Shown: positions 1 to 10,270, numbered from the stretch's first letter. The stretch is DNA of 64,000 bases from Nitrospirota bacterium (GCA_963701855.1 CAVPBK010000011.1:1-64000), one strand, 5' to 3'. Notes: a model not told the origin generated them from the letters alone. Translations and numbers: made by a program.

Positions 1-51
1 ACACTCTGTTGCGCAGTGTGATCTTTCATTCATAGAGGAGAGTCTTAGTGT

Positions 52-246
52 ATGGAGAACAGGGACGAGACCAGCATGGCAGGGTTTACTGAGTGGAGGT
101 GTTCCTATTGTCCCAGTGTCGCCACTACAATCCGTCAAGGTTCGGCAGTGTGCTATCACCACGCGGCACAGCTTCGGATAAAGGTAGGGTTGGCAAAGCG
201 AATTCTTAGCAGACTGCGAACGGGATTATCCAAACCCGACCATTGA
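52..246 (+). CDS. small hypothetical protein with possible Zn-binding motif (CxxC...CxxH)
   Basis: AGAGGAG upstream; translation contains CSYC and CYHH. Confidence 0.4.
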   Translation: MENRDETSMAGFTEWRCSYCPSVATTIRQGSAVCYHHAAQLRIKVGLAKRILSRLRTGLSKPDH

Positions 247-617
247 GGCTCGTGTAGCCCTTTGCCTGGCCGGAGGCAATTCAGAACGCGCCCGTTGAAG
301 TGCGTACCATCCTACTTGCCACGTCGTAAGGATTGCGATAAATCACCCGAAATTATCTGGCGGTTCTTGGGATGTCACCACCAGCCGGGGATACAAAATG
401 ACTCTTCATTGAGAATCAAGATGGATTCAAAGACTGGATCTTAGAAGAACTATCAGCAATAAAAATTAACCCTTTTATTGCTAATTCAAAAAGCTGGCTC
501 GTCATATTGAACGTGGTACGAAGGTTGCCTAGAAGTGGTCGGCATGAACAACCTGAAGGGTGACCTAACAACTGGGGGCAAGTCAGGGCCAATGCAGAGC
601 AAGGTCCTATCTGGTTC

Positions 618-1124
618 ATGAGAGCATTGCACTGTCCAAGTTGTAAGACTTCATTTGTTCGCGTGACCTATCCGGATGGCAGGATCGAACGCCTATTGAG
701 CCGCCTCAATGTGTATCCCTTTCGATGCCAGCTGTGCACGAATCGCTTTCGTCTCTTTCATGCCGGTGCGCGCCACAGTACGCAGGCGTTCGACCGGCGT
801 CAGTACATACGCCTTCCGGCTTCCATCGAGGCCCAAGTTCTCGACCACAAGCAGTTGCCGGTGACCAACCGAATCACTGAAATTTCGATGGATGGCTGCA
901 CCCTGCAGGCAACGGGGTTCCCCAAGGGATCCTTTATCGAATTGGTCTTGAAGTCAACGGTGGAGGAAGAAGCGATCCATATCGAAACAGCGATGGTCTG
1001 TTCCGTTCGCCCATTATCAATGGGTGTCCGCTTCCTGGAGATCCCACCAGAACATCACCGCCGTCTTGCGCAGGTGGTACTCGGGCTGTTAGTCGGTCAG
1101 GGATTTGTGACCGGCCCCCGTTAA
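618..1124 (+). CDS. PilZ-domain protein with N-terminal Zn ribbon
   Basis: CPSC...CQLC, then RRQYIR (RxxxR) and EISMDG (D/NxSxxG-like) PilZ motifs. Confidence 0.85.
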   Translation: MRALHCPSCKTSFVRVTYPDGRIERLLSRLNVYPFRCQLCTNRFRLFHAGARHSTQAFDRRQYIRLPASIEAQVLDHKQLPVTNRITEISMDGCTLQATGFPKGSFIELVLKSTVEEEAIHIETAMVCSVRPLSMGVRFLEIPPEHHRRLAQVVLGLLVGQGFVTGPR

Positions 1125-1200
1125 CCGGATCCGACCCGTATGTTAGGGTCGGGCCGAAAGGAAGACCGTAGATAATACTCTCCCCTCTACCTGAAACGGA

Positions 1201-1495
1201 TGTGACCAGTTTTGTGACCAGAAAAGACAGGAAAGGAAAGGAAGGAACGGGAAGATATAGAACTAATGGAACGCTCCAAGACCTCGATATTGCGTACTAA
1301 AATGGGGAAACCGTTGCAATAGCGAGCTTTATGAGAAATGGCTGTTTATCCCTCTTAATCAGCGGGCCTTGATTACGTTATGAGCAGAGCCTTTGATTTT
1401 GAACCTTAACGACTGTGCCACTTCCTTGAAAATCCCGTTGGGGACACCATCACTTACGCGATTCTCGAAAATCTCCGGTGCCCATATGGTGCCCA
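1201..1495. mobile_element. att-site scar: arm-type direct repeats plus tRNA fragments
   Basis: TGTGACCA-N4-TGTGACCA (1201-1220); CTCTTAATCAGCGGG (1352-1366, like the tRNA-Lys CTT anticodon arm); AATCCCGTTGGGGACACCA (1431-1449, like a tRNA-Glu 3' end); GGTGCCCA-N3-GGTGCCCA (1477-1495). Confidence 0.5.
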
Positions 1496-1993
1496 GCGGA
1501 CCCCCCCCCCTTTTTCTATCCAAACAGATGGCTGAAATAGTTTTCGCCGCGCTCGGCGGAGCATGAGGGGAATCGTGATCGTCTTTGGATGGGGGAGGAG
1601 TTGTTGTATGGGCCAATGTGATGCAGACCTGAGCGGTCAACCGAAGTTGTAGTCCTCAGGTAGTGGCGGGATTTCTCCCATCGTTTGCAGCAATATCGCT
1701 TTCGCCTTGTCGTACAAAGCCAGAGAGCCCCTGGAAGTCATCCAACGGCCAAGATTGGCCGATCGCAATGTACCCAGCCACCGGATCGTGAAGGCCGACA
1801 TAGTAGCAGCTCATTGCAACGGGATAGCGCCCTTGAGCTGTTCGAATAATTGGCCTGCCGCCATTAGCGAATCAGCGGGTTTCAGTCCTCCAGCCCTCTA
1901 TCCATCGCTGCTTGATTTAAGGTATTGACGCGCTGTGTCTCCAGGCGGAAGATGGGCCACACTTTAGACCACCACAACGACAGGAGGGATCGC

Positions 1994-2584
1994 ATGAGAA
2001 GCATGATGCAGCTGTCTAATAGTTCCATGCTGATGCGAGGACTCTGTGTCTTGGTCGGGAGTTGGTTTGCTATTGGGGCAGGGGTGAGCAGTGCCTTTGA
2101 GGCTCCCCTTTCGAAATCCAATCCCACCACGAATGCTTCCGCACTCATGCAGAATCGGGACAAGAAGCTGCCGAGCGCCTCGCGGTTTACTATCTTGAGT
2201 GCCTTCGGGGGTGCGGCGGTGCGAGACGATGAAACCGGGCTCGTGTGGGAAAAGACTCTGGAAACAAACCAGGTGTCCTGGGCCGATGCGCGTGCTGCCT
2301 GCGCCGATAAGGACGTGGGCGGCCGGAAAGGCTGGAGGCTGCCGTCGATTTTTGAATTGGCGAGTCTGATGGATCTTTCCATGAGTACAGGGCCTACCCT
2401 GCCCCTGGGCCATCCCTTTACCAACGTGCAGATGGACGTGTATTGGTCGGCCACAACGGTCGCAGGCACTCCGAACAGCGCGTGGCTCGTGTTCTTCGAC
2501 ACCGGCAAGGTGCTTCACGGCTTTAAGACGATTACCTTCCATGCCTGGTGTGTGCGCGGTAGCATGAATGCGGATCAGTATTGA
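1994..2584 (+). CDS. secreted DUF1566 (Lcl C-terminal) domain protein
   Basis: VRDDETGLVWE, WADARAAC, WRLPSIFEL, YWSATT, AWLVFF and WCVRG motifs; signal peptide; AGGAGG RBS. Confidence 0.85.
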   Translation: MRSMMQLSNSSMLMRGLCVLVGSWFAIGAGVSSAFEAPLSKSNPTTNASALMQNRDKKLPSASRFTILSAFGGAAVRDDETGLVWEKTLETNQVSWADARAACADKDVGGRKGWRLPSIFELASLMDLSMSTGPTLPLGHPFTNVQMDVYWSATTVAGTPNSAWLVFFDTGKVLHGFKTITFHAWCVRGSMNADQY

Positions 2585-2901
2585 AGGGGGGAGTTCGGTC
2601 CTGGTGCCAAAACGCCTGACACACCATTGACCTGAATGAAGGGGGAACCGCGTCTCGATTCGGGAAGGGAGAGCGGGCTATTTTGAATTTATGCATTCGG
2701 AGCTGAGATTCGCGCATTGAAGCATTCCAAACAGACCGGTCCGACTGCTTGGTCCTTCCGGAGAACTCGCTTGCATGCTATGCATTTGGGGAGGTCAGAA
2801 TAAATTAGTCTGATTTTTGAATTGGGCTCCACGAATCATCCCTCTGCTATACATTATTTAATTGCGGGCGTATCGGCGCAGGACGTGTGCCGATTCTGAA
2901 A

Positions 2902-3354
2902 TCATTTCTGTCTGCTCAAGATGGGCCGAAACCGATCTTCTTTGGGCAGCAGTCCCACCAGCGAGACAGCACGCTGAATGGCTCGATCTAAATCTTCGCC
3001 TGACGTGAATTTTTTTACAAAATAGGCATATGCGCCATTTTGTTCGGCTAAGGCACGCGAGCCTTGACGTGCCACGTGGGTAAGTACAATCACAGCGATC
3101 TTCGGCTTGCGGACAAGCGGAACTAATTCTATTAACACTTCGAAGCCCGACCGATCGGGCAATTCGAGTTCCATCACCACGCAATCCATCCGTCGAGACC
3201 GGTAGAGATCCAGTCCTGATTGCCCGTTTGCGGCATCTAGTATCAGATAGTCAGGCGAGCAACTCTTCAGTCCCTCTGCAAAGTACGCTCGGTCGGCGTG
3301 GTTTCCGTCGATAAGGAGCACTGAAGTGGTGAACAGTTCGAGGTTCGGAGGCAT
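2902..3354 (-). CDS. single-domain response regulator, atypical receiver
   Basis: CheY-like motifs; phosphoacceptor position reads VVMELELPD (Glu instead of Asp). Confidence 0.8.
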   Translation of the reverse strand: MPPNLELFTTSVLLIDGNHADRAYFAEGLKSCSPDYLILDAANGQSGLDLYRSRRMDCVVMELELPDRSGFEVLIELVPLVRKPKIAVIVLTHVARQGSRALAEQNGAYAYFVKKFTSGEDLDRAIQRAVSLVGLLPKEDRFRPILSRQK

Positions 3355-3583
3355 CGTCGCGCACTCCGGTTTTGATGGCGGGATTGCACCAGGGGTATAC
3401 CTTGAGATCAATGCTGTGTCTGTAGGCGTCGTCCTACAACGGGCGTCTAGGAGATCAACAGATCAGTTCATCGTCTATAAAAAGAGGATTTTCCTCTTTG
3501 ACGGTCTCTACTGTCGATTCTGTCAATGACGTTCGAGTGAATGCCCCATCGATTCGTTCGGTGTCTTTCGAGGCTGCCGAACC

Positions 3584-3682
3584 TTATTCACTCCGCTGCA
3601 ACCATCCCCATGCCATGGCCAGGAGTCCAAGCGAACAGAGGTACTGCGAACCATTCATCAATACAGCATCTATCATAGTCAT
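3584..3682 (-). CDS. 32-aa small hydrophobic peptide
   Basis: MTMIDAVLMNGSQYLCSLGLLAMAWGWLQRSE*; AAAGGAG RBS; downstream of a sigma-54 promoter. Confidence 0.5.
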   Translation of the reverse strand: MTMIDAVLMNGSQYLCSLGLLAMAWGWLQRSE

Positions 3683-3755
3683 GGTGTTTCTCCTTTCCAG
3701 AACATTAACGGTCCTCAAAGTGATGAGTGATATTGTGCTTCTAGCGTTGAGTTAA

Positions 3756-3771
3756 AGCACAGGCCGTGCCG
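3756..3771 (-). promoter_or_regulatory. sigma-54 promoter
   Basis: minus strand CGGCACGGCCTGTGCT = GG-N10-GC. Confidence 0.65.
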
Positions 3772-3986
3772 CTCTAACTCTTTTCAACCACTCGGGCGCA
3801 ACTCATTGAAATGCTGGAGTCTCGTTGCGGGCGCCTGGAGAGCACGTGAAGAGGACCCTCGGTATCCCATGATGGATCACGGGTAGTCGGGGGCTCTTCT
3901 CATGAATGTTCAAGGGCTGCCCCTTCTGAGAGGGTCTAGGTGAGAGGGTCTAGAGGGAAGTCGTGCAGGAAGGATATGCTGTGCTG

Positions 3987-5555
3987 TCAGCGAGACGACG
4001 GTCGTGTCATCCCAAACTGTTTCATCCGGCTGCGCAACGTGCCGGGATTGATTCCCAAGCGGAGAGCCGCTCCATCGGGACCTTCGATGCGCCAATTTGT
4101 CAGTGTGAGAGTTTGCAGAATGTGCTGTCGTTCCAGATCTTTGAGGTTCGCCGGTGGCGACACGGTGAAGGAGGAGTCCTCCTGTGCACCCAAGACCTGT
4201 TCGTCGATCCTCAACACTGGTTCACGAGAGAGAATCATCGCTCGCTCGATCACATTTTCCAATTCACGGACATTGCCAGGCCAGGAGTAGCGAATCAGCC
4301 GTTCTAAAGATCCCTGGTCAATGTCCTCACACGAACGGCCGAGTTTCAGGCCGTATTGTTTCAGGAAATGGCGAGCCAATATGGGGATATCATCTGGGCG
4401 ATTCCTTAATGGAGGCACGCTGATAGGGAAGACATTCAGCCGATAAAACAGATCGGCACGAAATGCGCCGTTTTTGACGGCGGCAGGTAAGTTGCGATTC
4501 GTGGCGGCGATCACGCGAACATCAACACGAATCGGTTGTTTCCCTCCCAGCCGATCGACCACGCCATCTTGTATGACTCGGAGCAACTTGGCCTGTGTCT
4601 CCCACGGCATTTCACCGATTTCATCCAAGAAGAGGGTTCCACCATGGGCCAGTTCAAAACGGCCTTCGCGTGCGCGGTCGGCCCCGGTGAACGCGCCTCG
4701 TTCATGGCCAAACAATTCACTTTCGACCAACCCGGCCGGAAAGGCGGCACAATTGACGCGAACCATAGGTTTCTGGTGCCTGGGACTCCAATCATGGATC
4801 GCTTGAGCAATCAGTTCTTTACCGGTTCCCGTTTCACCGGTAATGAACACGGTCGATGGAGTGTGCGCTACGTCGCGTGCGAGGCCTATTACGCGCCGAA
4901 AGGCAAGGCTCTTTCCCACCATTGAGTCTACGTTCTTCATACATCTCACTTCTTCGGTGAGGTAGACGTTTTCCTTGGCAAGTTGATTTTGTAGTCGAGC
5001 GATCTGCTCGTACGCATGGACATGATCGATTGCATACGCGATCTGCAGTGCCACTTGCGTCAAGAACTCGAGATCCCCTGGATCAGGAGCGACTGACTCT
5101 ATGCTGCCAATATTCAGAATGCCGAGGCATCTGTCTCTCACGAGAAGAGGCAGATTGATCATTCGTCCAAGGCCTTCTTGAAGGTACCATGTGTCTTCAA
5201 GGAAGACTTGATCCTGCTTCAGGTCGGGACGGATGTGGGGAGCTTTCTGATCGTACACCCAACCCATCCCGCTTCCAGCACGAGGAACAATGGTATCGCG
5301 TTGGAGCACCACCTGCGTCATCGTCGTTGCGATGACATAAAACCTGAATCCATCGGCCTCACGATCGTATAGGGTGACAGATGCCCGTGCCCACGGAATG
5401 ACTTTGGTGATCTCGGCGGTAATCGCTTCCCAGAGGCTCTGCATTTCTCGCTGCGAATTGAGCACAAGCGCGACAGCCAAGAGTGCTCGGTAGTTTCTCT
5501 CAATCTGGTCCATAGGCTTGATAGGGTGCGTTCTCGAGGTTTCTGTAATGGCCAT
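3987..5555 (-). CDS. GAF-AAA+-Fis HTH sigma-54 enhancer-binding protein (FhlA-like)
   Basis: GETGTGKE, GAFTGA, LFLDEIG, WPGNVRELEN, C-terminal HTH; N-terminal GAF. Confidence 0.95.
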   Translation of the reverse strand: MAITETSRTHPIKPMDQIERNYRALLAVALVLNSQREMQSLWEAITAEITKVIPWARASVTLYDREADGFRFYVIATTMTQVVLQRDTIVPRAGSGMGWVYDQKAPHIRPDLKQDQVFLEDTWYLQEGLGRMINLPLLVRDRCLGILNIGSIESVAPDPGDLEFLTQVALQIAYAIDHVHAYEQIARLQNQLAKENVYLTEEVRCMKNVDSMVGKSLAFRRVIGLARDVAHTPSTVFITGETGTGKELIAQAIHDWSPRHQKPMVRVNCAAFPAGLVESELFGHERGAFTGADRAREGRFELAHGGTLFLDEIGEMPWETQAKLLRVIQDGVVDRLGGKQPIRVDVRVIAATNRNLPAAVKNGAFRADLFYRLNVFPISVPPLRNRPDDIPILARHFLKQYGLKLGRSCEDIDQGSLERLIRYSWPGNVRELENVIERAMILSREPVLRIDEQVLGAQEDSSFTVSPPANLKDLERQHILQTLTLTNWRIEGPDGAALRLGINPGTLRSRMKQFGMTRPSSR

Positions 5556-5565
5556 AGTTTAATAC

Positions 5566-5581
5566 GGCAGCGAATATGCCT
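5566..5581 (-). promoter_or_regulatory. possible sigma-54 promoter of the activator gene
   Basis: minus strand AGGCATATTCGCTGCC = GG-N10-GC. Confidence 0.4.
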
Positions 5582-5738
5582 TTACGAATCAATGATTTGC
5601 GATTTACTCCCCGAACGCTACGACTGTAAGTGTAAATTGAATCACAGAGCCTGCGCTCGTGTCTATGAGATTCTAGCCGTGGTAATGAGGATAGGAACTA
5701 CCGAAGGAAGTCCGATACTCAGTCGTTGCCACATCGAT

Positions 5739-5974
5739 TGTTGTGCCCCACTTAAATTGTGGACAGATGGCTAAGTCAGTCGGATGCAGGAAACCCACTG
5801 AATTTGTTCAAGACCCTCCGCACCAGAAGACAGCCGAAGGTCTCTCACCAGAATCACGAGCGAATGTATCTGGATGGCTCTTAGGAAGTGGGGACTCGAA
5901 GCAGCTGAATTCTTAGCAGAAAGTATAGTTTATATTGTTCAACAAACTGCCCAGGAATTAAGTGGGGCAGTACA
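5739..5974. mobile_element. 236-bp MITE or internally deleted IS3-family element
   Basis: imperfect 28-bp terminal inverted repeats TGTTGTGCCCCACTTAAATTGTGGACAG / TGTACTGCCCCACTTAATTCCTGGGCAG; TG...CA ends; no transposase. Confidence 0.65.
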
Positions 5975-6207
5975 CTTAAAAGCAAAAACAAATCCTCCTC
6001 TCCACTCTCTTCGCTACTCGGGGTTCAAAATCATTTTCAAGGATTGACGCAGCAGAATGATAAGAGATATAGGTTTGTTCCGACGGCTGGACAAGGTTCA
6101 CAAACAAATAGTTCAAAAGCTGTTCGGAATTATTGATTTGAGAGTGCTACTGTCGGAGACTAAGAGCGAATCAAGTCACAAGTAGAACAAGGAATGGAGG
6201 ACGCATC

Positions 6208-6804
6208 GTGATGATGAAAGGTCTTTGGTTGGGGCTCGTTGTTGGAATCACCTTCACTTGCTTACTCGGTCAGTGGGTGTTCTCTGCCGCGAGCAAGGAG
6301 ACAGATTCCCCCAAGGGCATATCCCCCGAAATCGTGGCCGAGTATGTGCATAGTGTGGTCCAGGCGGATCGAGCTTTTTACCAGACCGAGGTTGTAGATC
6401 GGATGAGGGAGAAAGGTATGGTCTCTGCCTCGGAACACTGGAGAGTGGACGGAGGTCTCCCTTTACCCGCCCAATTTTTACAGGAATCGGGGCAGCTCAT
6501 GGCTAAACAGGGAAAAGCGATTCGATTCCGCCTGATCAGCAGTTGGGCGATAAATAAAGAGCATCGCCCAACGACAGAATTCGAGCAGACCGGGCTGATG
6601 AAGATCCTCGAGAATCCCGATCGTCCCTATACAGCCGTTACAACCGAGGGCAAGGCTCGCATCTTCCAAGCACTCTATGCCGATAAAGCCGTGTCTCAAC
6701 ACTGCGCCGATTGCCACAATGTGCACCCGAAAAGCCCAAAGAGGGATTTCAAGGCAGGAGACGTGATGGGTGGAATGCTGATCACCATTGCGCTCCCCGA
6801 ATAG
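6208..6804 (+). CDS. DUF3365 (Tll0287-like) c-type heme protein
   Basis: N-terminal membrane anchor, LPLPAQF, CADCH heme motif, FKAGDVMGG. Confidence 0.85.
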   Translation: MMMKGLWLGLVVGITFTCLLGQWVFSAASKETDSPKGISPEIVAEYVHSVVQADRAFYQTEVVDRMREKGMVSASEHWRVDGGLPLPAQFLQESGQLMAKQGKAIRFRLISSWAINKEHRPTTEFEQTGLMKILENPDRPYTAVTTEGKARIFQALYADKAVSQHCADCHNVHPKSPKRDFKAGDVMGGMLITIALPE

Positions 6805-7437
6805 GAATGGCCAGCTGAAGATGAGCGACTTTCATTGACGCTGCGTGTGGGGGCGAGCAAGAGAGAACCGTTTCCATAGGTCTCGTTTGGTCGTTTGATT
6901 AGTCAAAATCAGTTGTTTGTGACCCCTCTGACTTCTAGTCTTGATCCTCAAAGAAATCACAAAGATATCCGCTAATGATTTCGCAAGCCTTTTGAACCCA
7001 TCAGGATCTCGTAAAGCAAGGCTGGTGCTGGTGGTATCGAAAGTCTGCGCCGGGTGATGCGGTGCTGGAAAGGTTAGAGAAGCAAGCACGGGAGGCCCGA
7101 AAATGCTTCTGGGTTGATCCCCAGCCGGTGCCGCCGTGGGAGTGGCGGAAGAGAAACCGTTAGAACGTGCGGAAAATAGCTTCGCTATACAACCGTTTTA
7201 CGACCCATTTTTGTCTGGTTCGAGGCCAACTCGGCTCCCCGGACCTAACGAACCTGGACACTGGGGATGCCTCGTTCGAATTCCATGCGCGAAAGTAACC
7301 GGCTGATTACGGACCACTCTCTCGATGGCGCTGTTGCCTTTTGGCTGACGACCAAGGTCACGCGGCGGTGGCCAAGAGACTTTGATTTCAGAACACGCCC
7401 GATCCACCGCTCGGGTTGACCGCCTTCTTCGGCGGTG

Positions 7438-8379
7438 CTACTCATTTGAAACTGGAGTGTTTCGCACTGCCGCTATCATATCTGCCTGCTTCATCTGAAG
7501 GGCGGCCAGCACGTTCCGTTCGATGGCTGCCGAGATGTCATTGAGAGGCAAGTGACTCAGGCTACTTGTCGAGAACGGCTTCTCCAGTTCGACCCCGATA
7601 TGGTCGAGAGACAGTAGCGGGTAGGCTACGACCATGGTAATCAACGGGACAAGCCAAACGCTATCTAACGGATGAAGGAGGCAGAACGGCAGCATGAGAA
7701 GAAAGGCCGTGATGAAACGTCGTATGTTAATGGAATACGCTCGTGGCAGCGGGGTTTTTGCAATACGCTCGCACACTCCTATATGGTCGATCAATCAGGC
7801 GCTTTGCTCTCGGTCTAGTTGGATGAACGCGAACCCATCCATCTTCAATGTTTCACGGGCCTCATGAAGCAGATTACCGAGTATCAAGGCCACGAAACTC
7901 GGCATGTGCTCGGCCGTTGCTACTCGGCGAGCATCGTCTGGACCAACCAAGTTGGTAATTTCGGACGAAGGGAGTTCACCCCGTAGACTGAGACGTGCCA
8001 CATGCGGAAACACCGCGGCCCACCGCACAATCTTCTCTCGCCATTCCGAATTATTCGGTCCATAGGCCATCGCACCGATGACGAGATTGCGTGATTGGTT
8101 GACGATGCCGCCCCAAACTATGTGAGCCTCCCACCAGCGGTCATACCCCGCATTCGTCCGTAGGATAAGCAGAAGTCCCAAAGCCGCACCAGCGAATTCA
8201 AAGGGGGCGATGGCCAGCGCGATCCTCACCTGAAACTGCGTTTCTACAAACCAGGAAATTCCACAGATGCCACTGGCGGCAAGGCCGAATATTAAGACGA
8301 AGGGCATGACGTGGGGACTAATCGACCCATGGAGGGCAAACGTTTCCCGCCAGAATCATTCTCGTGTTTGAAAACTCAT
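7438..8379 (-). pseudogene. bestrophin-family anion channel, interrupted (in-frame TGA at codon 8 and a frameshift near 7800)
   Basis: RTNAGYDRWWEA, CERIAKTPLP and ELEKPF motifs; ATG overlaps the carbonic anhydrase stop (ATGA); the lesions may be sequencing errors. Confidence 0.8.
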
Positions 8380-9068
8380 GACAGTTCGCCCCGAAGACGC
8401 TCAGATGATGTGAGTGGTCCGTCGTCGAACGCTGGCTTTGATGTGAGGGCTGTACTCGCAAGTTTTACGAATTGTCCGTTCTCCACGTCGAAGACGAACA
8501 CGTCACCAGTTTCGATTTTGTAGACCCAACCATGCAGGTGCAGGTCGCCTCGCACCAGTCGGGAACCGACCGCCGGGAGCGTCCGCAGGTTTTCAAGCTG
8601 TACCAACACATTCTCTTCGACCGTGGCAGTCAGCAAACGCTCCCCGTCAAGATGGCCGTAGTTTTCACGCACAATGCGGCGGGTCGTCTCGGCGTGCGAT
8701 AACCATGACGAGAAGGCAGGAAGTGACGCGACCTGTTCAGGATGCAGCAAACCCTGCATCGCTCCGCAATGGGAGTGGCCGCAGATGATGATGTCCTTGA
8801 CGCTGAGAGCCGCCACGGCGTACTCGATGGTCGCGGCTTCCCCTCCCTGGCCCGCACTATGCGGTGGGACGATGTTCCCGGCATTGCGAAGGATGAAGAG
8901 ATCGCCGGGCTTTGCCTTCGTCAGCATGGTCGGGACGATGCGAGAGTCGGAACAGGTGATGAACAGGGTTTCGGGGTTCTGGCCCTTCGCCAACTGCTCA
9001 AACAACCGCTGCAACGGAACGAAATCCTCGGCTTGGAATTGATGGATTCCTTCAATCAATTTTTGCAT
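8376..9068 (-). CDS. cynT: beta-class carbonic anhydrase
   Basis: CSDSR, RNAGN and HSHCGAM Zn-ligand motifs. Confidence 0.93.
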   Translation of the reverse strand: MQKLIEGIHQFQAEDFVPLQRLFEQLAKGQNPETLFITCSDSRIVPTMLTKAKPGDLFILRNAGNIVPPHSAGQGGEAATIEYAVAALSVKDIIICGHSHCGAMQGLLHPEQVASLPAFSSWLSHAETTRRIVRENYGHLDGERLLTATVEENVLVQLENLRTLPAVGSRLVRGDLHLHGWVYKIETGDVFVFDVENGQFVKLASTALTSKPAFDDGPLTSSERLRGELS

Positions 9069-9450
9069 GACCGACCTCTTTAGCGCACGAACCCCGACCG
9101 TCACCAGCAACGCATGCCGTTGGCCCGTTCTCGCGGAACCGGTTGGTAGACAGAGTAGGATCTATAACGCACGTTCCAGTCGCCGAACTAATCAGTATAA
9201 TGACCGGCATAGAACGCCGCGACAAACTGCAATTAGTCCGGGATTGTCGCGTTGCTTCAACACTTGTCAATATTTACAGAGGGCAAGGTCGGCGTACTAT
9301 TTCGGATCGGCATAGTGCTGACCTGCCTCCCTTAACCGGGCCCAGGTTCTATGTTGGTCTGAAACGTTCCTGATCCGTGTGATTCACGCGACAAGTCCTC
9401 TTGGAGGCTCAAGCCGCAAGGCTCGCAAAGGGTACAGATCGGGAAGACGA

Positions 9451-9602
9451 TTGTGCTCATTTTGTGCTCAACTCCACCTCACTCCAGCTCATTCCAGCCT
9501 ACTCCAGGTAAAGTTCGCTTTTTCTGTAACTCTTGGCTAGACTTGGCTGGAATGAGCCTGAGTAGGCTGGTGAAAGCGCTTTCCTAAACCGCGCGTCGGA
9601 TG
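9451..9602. mobile_element. att-site scar with tRNA-Arg(CCT)-like fragment
   Basis: TTGTGCTCA-TT-TTGTGCTCA direct repeat, 10-bp periodic repeats, then TTCCTAAACCGCGCGTCGGATG (9581-9602). Confidence 0.5.
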
Positions 9603-9614
9603 CTTCTTGGAAGC

Positions 9615-10127
9615 TCAAACCGGATGGTTCGCAAAGGATACAGATTGGGGAGCCACAGGGCGCGGTAGTGACTTCTTCTCACTAGGCTTAAGCCAACCTT
9701 TTTGAGAGATCTCCCTATAGGCTCTTGCTCGAGCTAATTTACTCCCCATATTGCGCGTCGTGGCGAGAGCTCCTGGAATGTCATCGGCTCTCGCTTGGAT
9801 GAATGCGATCCCGAGCAGTACCGCATCTCTTCGTAATGGCGCTTTGATGTGATTGACTGTCTCGATCGCGCCGTTCACGTGTCCCGATCGTGCCTGTGCG
9901 AACGCAATGTGCATCAAGACACCGCTACGGTTGATGTCATGGGGAATCAGTTTGGCTGTGTGAAGAGCGCCATGCTGGTCTCCGGCCTTGAATTGACCGA
10001 TTGCGATGGCTTCCATAGCAGCTGACCAGTCAGTCGCATCAGCAATCCTGCTAGCCGTGTCGAGCGCCGCATCGAGCTTATTCGCTCGCGCCTGCTGCTC
10101 GACAATGTCCAGTAACGCGAAAGCCAT
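9615..10127 (-). CDS. alpha-helical (TPR-like) repeat protein, possibly a fragment
   Basis: about 37-aa repeats of the form IAxxQAxxGDxxGAL. Confidence 0.6.
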   Translation of the reverse strand: MAFALLDIVEQQARANKLDAALDTASRIADATDWSAAMEAIAIGQFKAGDQHGALHTAKLIPHDINRSGVLMHIAFAQARSGHVNGAIETVNHIKAPLRRDAVLLGIAFIQARADDIPGALATTRNMGSKLARARAYREISQKGWLKPSEKKSLPRPVAPQSVSFANHPV

Positions 10128-10270
10128 CTCATCACCGCATGCGAAGAGGACTAGCTGTGTTCAGGAGTTCATTACGCGCAAATATACCGCCGTTGCTCAT
10201 GGTAAGAAACTCGTAAAAACCGCAGGAGTGTCAGGAATTGTTACGAGGACGCGAAGGGCCAATCTGTCGA

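Noticed and set aside
1352..1449. intact tRNA genes
   Set aside because: Only fragments are present and no full cloverleaf can be built; reported as att scars. The same applies at 9581-9602.
8356..8358. selenocysteine or programmed readthrough at the in-frame TGA of the bestrophin
   Set aside because: No Cys is expected there, no SECIS is evident, and the gene has a second lesion; a point change or sequencing error is simpler.
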